In this document: one piece after another, positions 56,326 to 64,000 of the stretch | How the letters are laid out: each line of letters begins with the position of its first letter | Numbering within the stretch: position 1 is the stretch's first letter | DNA from: Octopus sinensis | Taxonomy: Eukaryota | Assembly: GCF_006345805.1 (NCBI RefSeq) | Contig: NC_043022.1 | Span: forward strand, 8,928,001-8,992,000 | Length of the DNA stretch: 64,000 nucleotides | Direction of reading: 5' to 3' | Program-made: the position numbers and the translations under genes | Notes under the pieces: generated by a model | The model's input: the letters and a program-made list of their open reading frames with translations, nothing else | Told to the model about the DNA's origin: nothing | Database searches by the model: none

Positions 56326-57171
56326 ATACCTTTTGCTTATTCTTTTTTATTTTTATTTATTTTTATTGTATCTTCTCCAAAGTAATTTAAAATAAAAACT
56401 AAAAGAAAAAATATATATATATATAGTTTATTGTTATAGGATTTATTGTATTAAGAAATATAATTTATCAGAAAAATCTAATTACTAAATGGTGACTACG
56501 GACATATAATTATGCTTTTATTTTATTTTATGATATATTCATTTTTCTATTTTCTGATATAAAAAAATATTAATTTTTATTTTTTTAATATACACACACA
56601 CACACACATATCTGTGTGTATATGTGTATATATAGGTATGTGTGTGTGTGTGTGTATATATATATTTATATTTATATAAACGTTTTTTTCTTGTGGCTAC
56701 ACATATTCTAAAATCATCAATATCTTATCAAGTGTGCGGTAAAATTTATTTCATACAGAGATTCATACACACACACACACATACACACACACGAAATAAT
56801 TTATCTGTATATTAAAACAGTAGTCCATTCCTATCTTTTCAGTAACGCTAAGGGAAGTAACGCAAAGAGAATGAGAAGCATACAGTTAGGTTGTTTTAGT
56901 CATGCTAGTGGTGTTGATAATGGTGAAAGGAGAAAGATAGATAGACAGAGAGAGAAAGAGAGAGAGGGGGGAGTGGGAATAGGGGAATCAATGAAAAGAG
57001 AAAACATGAGGCAAATTGAGAAAAAGTAATGCAAAGCTGGGTAAGACTAAGAGTGGAAGCTAAAGTAAAGATGTGAGTGAAAGAGCAGAAAGTTGGTAGA
57101 TTCAAACACACAAAGAGAGGAGAAGGAAGAATATGTGTATGTATTTATGTATATATATGTATATGTGCATA

Positions 57172-57222
<51 letters not shown>

Positions 57223-57262
57223 AATGTGTACATGTGTATGTATATATGTGTATATGTATAAC

Positions 57263-57313
<51 letters not shown>

Positions 57314-57431
57314 TATCTATATATGTATAATATATATATATATGTACATGTATATGTATGTATGCATATATATGTGTGTATATATGTGTATGTATATATA
57401 TATTTATATATTTTTATATATATATATATAT

Positions 57432-57833
57432 TGGCTGCGTGGTTAGTAGCTTGCTAACCAACCACATGGTTCCAGGTTCAGTCCCACTGCGTGGCATCTT
57501 GGGCAAGTGTCTTCTGCTATAGCCCCGGGCCGACCAATGCCTTGTGAGTGGATTTGGTAGATGGAAACTGAAAGAAGCCTGTCGTATATATGTATATATA
57601 TATAAGTGTGTGTGTTTGTGTGTCTGTGTTTGTCCCCCTAGCATTGCTTGACAACCGATGCTGGTGTGTTTACGTCCCCGTCACTTAGCGGTTCGGCAAA
57701 AGAGACCGATAGAATAAGTACTGAGCTTACAAAGAATAAGTCCCGGGGTCGATTTGCTCGACTAAAGGCGGTGCTCTAGCATGGCCGCAGTCAAATGACT
57801 GAAACAAGTAAAAGAGTAAAAGAGAGTAAAGAG
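57432..57833 (+). mobile_element. SINE family A1
   Basis: Near-consensus copy. Confidence 0.9.
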
Positions 57834-57849
57834 TATTTATATATCTCTA

Positions 57850-58357
57850 TATATAAACTATTAAGGTGACTATTCGCAATTTAGAACCAATAGGCAACAA
57901 GTACAGTTATCACTAAAGTGATAGAGGGTGCTAGTAAGCACCAGCACTGCTAGAAATAGGAGTCAAAACAACCTTAACCATGTGAGAGAATTTTTCTAAT
58001 GGCTGACAAGGGAGACAGGCTCCCTCCCTAGGACAAGCGAGATGGAGTCATATCACCACTGATTTCAGATTTAATCAATTTTCATCAGTGACCCATTACT
58101 CCATTGCCGAGGGTTAAAGAATCTAAGTCACCTTGTCAGCCTTATATAGAACACCAGAGTAAACATTGACTGATTTCAAAAAATGGTGAAGTGAGAATTA
58201 TAAATTATTAAGGTGGTTATTTGCAATTTAGAACCAATAGAGAACAAGTATAGTTGTCACTAAAGTAACAGAGGATGATAGTAAGCACCAGCATTGCTTG
58301 AAATAAGAGTCAAAACAACTCTTAGCCATGTGAGAGCACTTTTCTAATGGCTGACAA
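57850..58357. repeat. Two diverged ~160-bp direct repeats (57850-58009, 58199-58357) flanking hammerhead 1
   Basis: tataaa.tattaaggtg..tatt.gcaatttagaaccaatag...tagtaagcaccagca...tttctaatggctgacaa occurs twice. Confidence 0.85.
58042..58096 (-). ncRNA. Type I hammerhead ribozyme motif (copy 1)
   Basis: AUGGGUCA CUGAUGA AAAUU-GAUUA-AAUCU GAA AUCA-GUGG-UGAU A/ UGACUCCAU: full core, stems I and III pair, stem II weak. Confidence 0.7.
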
Positions 58358-58365
58358 TATATATA

Positions 58366-58587
58366 TATTTCTTTATTACCCACAAGGGGCTAAACATAGA
58401 GAGGACAAACAAGGACAGACATATGGATTAAGTCGATTATATCGACCCCAGTGTTTAACTGGTACTTTATTTATCGACCCCGAAAGGATGAGAAGCAAAG
58501 TCAACCTCGGCGGAATTTGAACTCAGAACGTAACGACAGATGAAATACCGCTAAGCATTTCACCCGGTGTGCTAACGTTTCTGCCAG
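58366..58587 (-). mobile_element. SINE family B1 in a (TA)n site
   Basis: Full body flanked by atatatat. Confidence 0.88.
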
Positions 58588-58914
58588 ATATATATATTGA
58601 TATTTTGCTTAGGCATAGTGCTACTAATAGCATGGTGTTAGAACTCTAAATACATATGCTTCAGAATGAAGTGTTAGTCAAGTATAGAGCAGTAATAAGA
58701 AATTGGGATAAGAAAGGAATAAACAATTACATTACAAGCTTCATTAGTTTACAGCTGTTTGGGCTGTAAGGTGCAATGCATTCATAGTTGGATGCTTGAG
58801 TATTACTCTATAGCTTCATCAAAGCTCCATCTCCAGGAGGTGCTTCATAATTGTTCATTCCTTTGTGATTCTAATCTCTTATGTATGTGTGTGTGTGTGT
58901 TCTGGTTAACATAC

Positions 58915-58945
58915 CTGGCACCTTAGACCACTCGGCCATTCTGAC
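58915..58945 (-). pseudogene. tRNA-Leu 5' fragment (through the D arm, contains A box)
   Basis: GTCAGAATGGCCGAGTGGTCTAAGGTGCCAG is 29/31 identical to the animal tRNA-Leu(CAA) 5' sequence as I recall it; no anticodon or T arm follows. Confidence 0.75.
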
Positions 58946-58952
58946 AAGCAAG

Positions 58953-59007
58953 ATGGAGTCATATCAGCACTGATTTCAGATTTAATCAATTTTCATCAGT
59001 GACCCAT
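58953..59007 (-). ncRNA. Type I hammerhead ribozyme motif (copy 2)
   Basis: Identical to copy 1 except loop III is GUGC; 911 bp away, same strand. Confidence 0.7.
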
Positions 59008-59289
59008 TACAGTGACCCGGGGGTTAAAGAATCTAAGTGTGTGTGCGTTAGTGTGTACATATTATTAACCACATATTCTTTATGTATTTGCTTTGTTTAT
59101 TTTCCAGTGGCTGCAATAGCATGGTGGGAGTACATACACTCTCAGAGCACCAGGTTTTAAAACACCTCAGAGTCTCGGGCACGTGAGGTAACTCACTTTC
59201 AATCCCGTTTGGGAGTGATGGACACTGGCATTTCATGTGGTTGGTAAACAAGCTACTTACCACACAGCCACTAGTATTTCATTTTAGTA

Positions 59290-60075
59290 TTTCATTTCTC
59301 TTTGTTGGTCTGGTGGAAGGGGCAGAGCCCATGACTTTTGTAAGCCCAATGAGACTGATGCTGAGAAAAGTCTGCTTTAGCTGTTTCAAACTGCCTACAG
59401 GGAAGTAAGTTTTGAGCAGTGAGAGAGTTCTTGATAGCTGACATTCTGTGAAGGAAGGACTGAGTGGAGTGGATAATGTAGGGCAGGATTTTGTTAAGTT
59501 AAGTTAAGTTAATTTTTTGGCTCAAAAAGCAAAGAGCAAGGCCATGTAGGGGGACATGGAGTTATGTACAGGGAGGGTGTTCATGCAAAGAGTTCAGGCC
59601 ATTTCTGGTCAAGAGAGACTTTGAACTGAGCGGTCGTCGGCATCTTCACTATCTCGTCTGACAGCTTATTCCATGGATCCGCAACCCGGATGGAGAAAGC
59701 TCCTCTCCTTCGATTGAGATGAAATCGTCGCAGATAGAGCTTTTCGGAGTGATCCCGCAGCCGACGCTCTGGAGCAGGAGTGAAGAACAGCTCTTTCGAG
59801 AGGTTACGCTTTCCGCTTATGATGTTGTGAGCAAGAATGAGATCACCATGTCGTCGTCGTTTTTCTAGAGAATAAAGGTTGAGCGAGAGTGAATGGGTGA
59901 GGAAAGGACAGGCGATTGAGGTAGGAGTGCCTGTATGGAGGTGGCATGAGATTAGTCAGTCAACTTTGTGGTGCAGTAGAAAAAATCAGTAAGAAAGCAC
60001 AGCTCGTGTGAACCAGAAGATTGAACATATCTTTGAGTGACATTATACCAGTCAATTAAGTGACCTCTCTCTGGC
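59290..60075 (-). mobile_element. Old CR1-group (Zenon-like) LINE remnant hosting a younger CR1
   Basis: LMPPPYRHSYLNRLSFPHPFT on one side and IHSTQSFLHRMSAIKNSLTA on the other side of the insert. Confidence 0.55.
59493..59885 (-). mobile_element. Young 5'-truncated CR1 LINE
   Basis: Uninterrupted frame 59883-59581: LNLYSLEKRRRHGDLILAHNIISG..RDHSEKLY..FSIRVADPWNKLSDEIV..FKVSLDQKW..*; short 3' UTR and (TTAAC)n tail. Confidence 0.9.
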
Positions 60076-60379
60076 TAGTCAAATGATCTCTCTCTCTCTC
60101 CCTCCCTCTCTCATACACAAAAGATAGATTAATTTTAATTGCTTACTGATGTGACCAAATGACTGTGAAGTTCATTATGTAATATGCATTATATAATAGA
60201 CACAACTATATTATTGTTTCCATCCATGTCTTCATTCATGATATTTGATTTGTCATCCACAGATTATTGAAACAATTGTAAACCACAGAATAAATGTAAT
60301 ACCAGAAACACCATCCTTCGCATATTACATACATATACATATGTACATACACAGACATACACACACACACATGTATATA

Positions 60380-60439
<60 letters not shown>

Positions 60440-60454
60440 AATATATATATATAT

Positions 60455-60494
<40 letters not shown>

Positions 60495-60803
60495 CACACA
60501 AACACACATACACACACATATATATATGTGTAACACACAAACACACACACTTACTTGTAAATGATAAAGTTAATTATTTTATTGAATCTTCTCCAACTTC
60601 TTGATTATTTTCCAAATTCAAACAAATGAACTGTGTATTCCATTAGAAACATGATCTTGTTAAGATTTAAATTGTTTGTTCCAACCTCGTGCTATGAGAG
60701 CTATACCTATATATTTATGCAAGTGTGTGTGTAGATTGATAGAGATATAAACATACATATTTAGACATATCTTGATTTAAACAAATGTAATATATGTATA
60801 TAT

Positions 60804-60847
<44 letters not shown>

Positions 60848-60848
<1 letters not shown>

Positions 60849-61075
60849 GGAAAAGTTTACGAAAAAAAACAAAAGACTAAGACAGGTGGTGTACAAAACA
60901 AACAGATGTATTAGTATAACGCTCAGGAATAGAAAAAGTCTTTTACGCTTCGAGCCTATGCTCTTCTACAGAAAGGTACACAGAAAAAAACAAGGAGAGA
61001 AACAAGGAGAGAAAAAAAAGGAGAGAAAAAATGTGTGTAGTGGCTAACGATCTATTGTGACGTCTGACTCGGACA
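60848..61075 (-). mobile_element. Probable Penelope-like terminal fragment with degenerate minimal hammerhead
   Basis: Minus 60975-60940: CUUU CUGUAGA A GAGC-AUAG-GCUC GAAGCGU A AAAG; inserted in (TA)n. Confidence 0.45.
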
Positions 61076-62079
61076 AAAAAAAAAAAATGGAAATATATAT
61101 ATATATATATGATGATTGATTGATTGATTGATTGATTCTAGTTTCAGCTTATGAGCTGTGGCCATGCTGGGGCACCACCATTTGGTGTTGCTACTTGGTT
61201 TCACTTCACAAAAGCTTTCTAGCAACTGCCATTTGGTGCATGAGAGAGTTCGATGCAGCTGCCCTATATATATATATATTTAAAAGAAATTAGATAAATG
61301 ACAAGGGAATGAGAAATTATGTCCTAAACTTCATTAGCTTACAGCTGTTTCTGCTATAAGATGCAATGCATTGGTAGTTGAGTGCTAGTGTATCAAGCAA
61401 CCTTTCAGATTATAGCCCTTTCCAAGTTAAACTAAAATCTAATACTTGAAACCTTAAAATCTCTTAAAATAAGTTTGTATTTCTGGAGTTTGAATGATTG
61501 CCTGAGTACACACACCATGTTCTACTACCTTATACAACTATCATATTTCCTCAGGCATGAAACTAATAGCAGCTCACATTTAAATCCTGTGTAGATTAAA
61601 TGATATTTATCTCTTACTAGATGGAGAACTTTTTTTTTAGTTTATCCCACCTATAACTGAACAGTACACAATATGTATGTATGTATGTATGTATAGATAG
61701 ATAGATAGATAGATAGATACACACACACATACATACACACACACACATATATTCAGTTATTTTTTCGTTTGTCATTGAACTTTGGCCCTGCTGGAGCACT
61801 GCTGAAAAGTGCTTTAGTCAATCATTGTAATACTTAGTGCTTTTTTGTTCTTAAAGTCTGGTCCTTATTTTATTGATGGCTATTTGTCAAACTGTTAACT
61901 CATGGTATGTAAACACATGACACTGTTTTTCAAAATATGAAGTGCAAAGACTGACAACAAAACTAACATGTAAATATATGTACAATGTATGTGTGTGTGT
62001 GTGTGTGTTTGTGTCTATCTGTCTGTTTCAGTGTGTGTGTGTGTGTATCTGTGTCTGTACATATGCATGCATGAGCTCT

Positions 62080-63100
62080 TACGTGTGCATCTATATTAGA
62101 AGCTATGTACACCTGAGTGCTGGCATAGATGTCGTTACATATATGGATCCTATTACATACTGATTTTCTTGAATGTTTTACATTTCATGGCAGTACCTTT
62201 GACAGCTTCTACCTGTAATTTTCTGACTAGGTATTTCCTTCCTATTTTACTGAAACCTAACTTCCAAAGATTAGCAGTGAGCCATAAAGCCAAGTGCTCC
62301 AGGAATTATTGGTGGAAATCTAAATCTATTGTTTGGACAGAATATTACAGATTTCTCATCAGTTTGGCAAAGATGTTTTCTTTTTCATTGACCTTTAAAT
62401 CAGGTTGACATCTGCTGGGGAACTGATTTCAACTTTTGTGCACAGTGTCTTTTGTCAACCCCAGGTTGTTATGTCTGGTCTATTAGCTTTTATTTTATTG
62501 AAATCTTGAGAAGGATGTTCCATCAGTATGCTTTCTTATTATGTAAGGTTCTGCCCTCCACATTATTGTTACTTCTTAAATTTTCTCCCTGTGATTATCC
62601 TTTCAGCAAATTTCATTGTATAATGTACTATATTGTTTGTTCCTTCAAAAGCCATGCCTGGCTCAGAAGGGCTGGTTTCCCGGCTTCTTGGCGTATAGGT
62701 TCCCCACCTGGATGGGACACCGGTCCGTCACAGGAGGAAAGAGTGAGAGAAAGTTGTGGCGAAAGAATCAGCAGAAGTTTCGCCATTACCTTCTGCCAGA
62801 GTCGCGTGGAGCTTAGGTGTTTCGCTCATAAACACACACATCGGCTGGTCTGAGACTCGAACCTGCGATCCCTCGACCGCGAGTCCACTGCTCTAACCAC
62901 TAGGCCATGTGCCTCCACTATAATGTACTAGCCATTATATAATGTCTCCCTAGATAGAGAATATCATGACGACACCTTCAGGCAGCTACTGATGGTAAGG
63001 ATGACATCATGAATGTAATTTCATAGATCTGCATCAATTGTTACAACAGGTTTACTTGAATTTCTATCCCTTTTGTATATTTCCTGCCCTTGTATTGCAA
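62080..63100 (-). mobile_element. Decayed RLE-type (R4/Dong-like) LINE 3' region
   Basis: Remnants RHYIMASTLYNEIC, NKIKANRPDITTW, VEISSPADVN, NEKENIFAKLMRNL, PIIPGALG, LVRKLQVEAVKGT. Confidence 0.75.
62631..62918 (-). mobile_element. tRNA-derived SINE family D, 12-bp TSD
   Basis: TSD tataatgtacta at 62619-62630 and 62919-62930; homologous to 27737-28050 with a short internal deletion. Confidence 0.92.
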
Positions 63101-63203
63101 AAACAAAAATACGCTGCAAAGTGAGTGCTAATATCTTATTTATTAGTCTAAGATAGACTGCTCTATTTGTATCAATTATTGTCAAAAATTAATGAACAAA
63201 CAA

Positions 63204-63236
<33 letters not shown>

Positions 63237-63395
63237 TGTATGTATGTATGTATGTATGTATGTATGTATGTACGTACATACGTACATACATACCTACCTA
63301 CCTAGAATCTCCAGATTTTAACTAATTCTTTTTTTAAAATTTTAATGAAATGACACTTCATAATATATCTAATAGATAAGTTACAAGTTAAATCA

Positions 63396-63805
63396 TACTC
63401 TCTTTTACTCTTTTACTTGTTTCAGTCATTTGACTGTGGCCATGCTGGAGCACCGCCTTCAGTCGAGCAAATCGACCCTGGGACTTATTCTTTGTAAGCC
63501 CAGTACTTATTCTATCGGTTTCTTTTGCCGAACCGCTAAGTGACAGGGACGTAAACACACCAGCATCGGTTGTCAAGCGATGCTAGGGGGACAAACACAG
63601 ACACACAAACATACACACACACATATATATATATATACATATATACAACAGGCTTTTTTCAGTTTCCATCTACCAAATCCACTCACAAGGCATTGGTAGG
63701 CCCGAGGCTATAGCAGAAGACACTCGCCCAAGGTGCCACGCAGTGGGACTGAACCTGGAACCATGTGGTTGGTAAGCCAGCTACTTATCACTTACCACAC
63801 AGCCT
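63396..63805 (-). mobile_element. SINE family A1
   Basis: Near-consensus copy. Confidence 0.9.
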
Positions 63806-64000
63806 CTTCATGCTGAAGATTTTAAAACAAAAGAATGAAATAATGCTACACATGACAAGCACCAACCAGAAATTTTGAGAACTTCGTAACAAAAGAATAA
63901 TATGTGTACACTCTGCATCTTCTTCCCTGTGTTCCTTAATTTCAAAATGAAATTCACAATCACACCTCATGTTGTGATGGGATGATTTTTTCCCCTTGTA

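Noticed and set aside
60555-60630. Minus-strand exon with gtaagt donor
   Set aside because: Stops in all three frames and a poor polypyrimidine tract

Overview
AT-rich, microsatellite-dense, repeat-dominated animal DNA that looks intronic or intergenic. The SINE repertoire and the (TA)n/(CA)n load point to an octopus (coleoid cephalopod) genome; this is inference from pattern recall, not a database result. I cannot support any complete protein-coding gene, and almost all ORF-track entries are translated microsatellites or SINEs. The window holds several tRNA-derived SINE families with swapped tails, non-autonomous Helitrons, TTAA-flanked MITEs, decayed LINE fragments (R4/Dong-like, RTE, CR1, and a Tx1/L1-like ORF1) and one plausible 111-nt internal exon. 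The most notable feature is two near-identical type I hammerhead ribozyme motifs with all catalytic-core nucleotides intact (minus strand, 58042-58096 and 58953-59007). One lies just upstream of a tRNA-Leu 5' fragment, within a cluster of repeats and degenerate Penelope/retrozyme-type hammerheads. Repeat boundaries were placed by eye and are approximate unless a TSD or terminal motif is quoted. Family letters A-E are my own labels.
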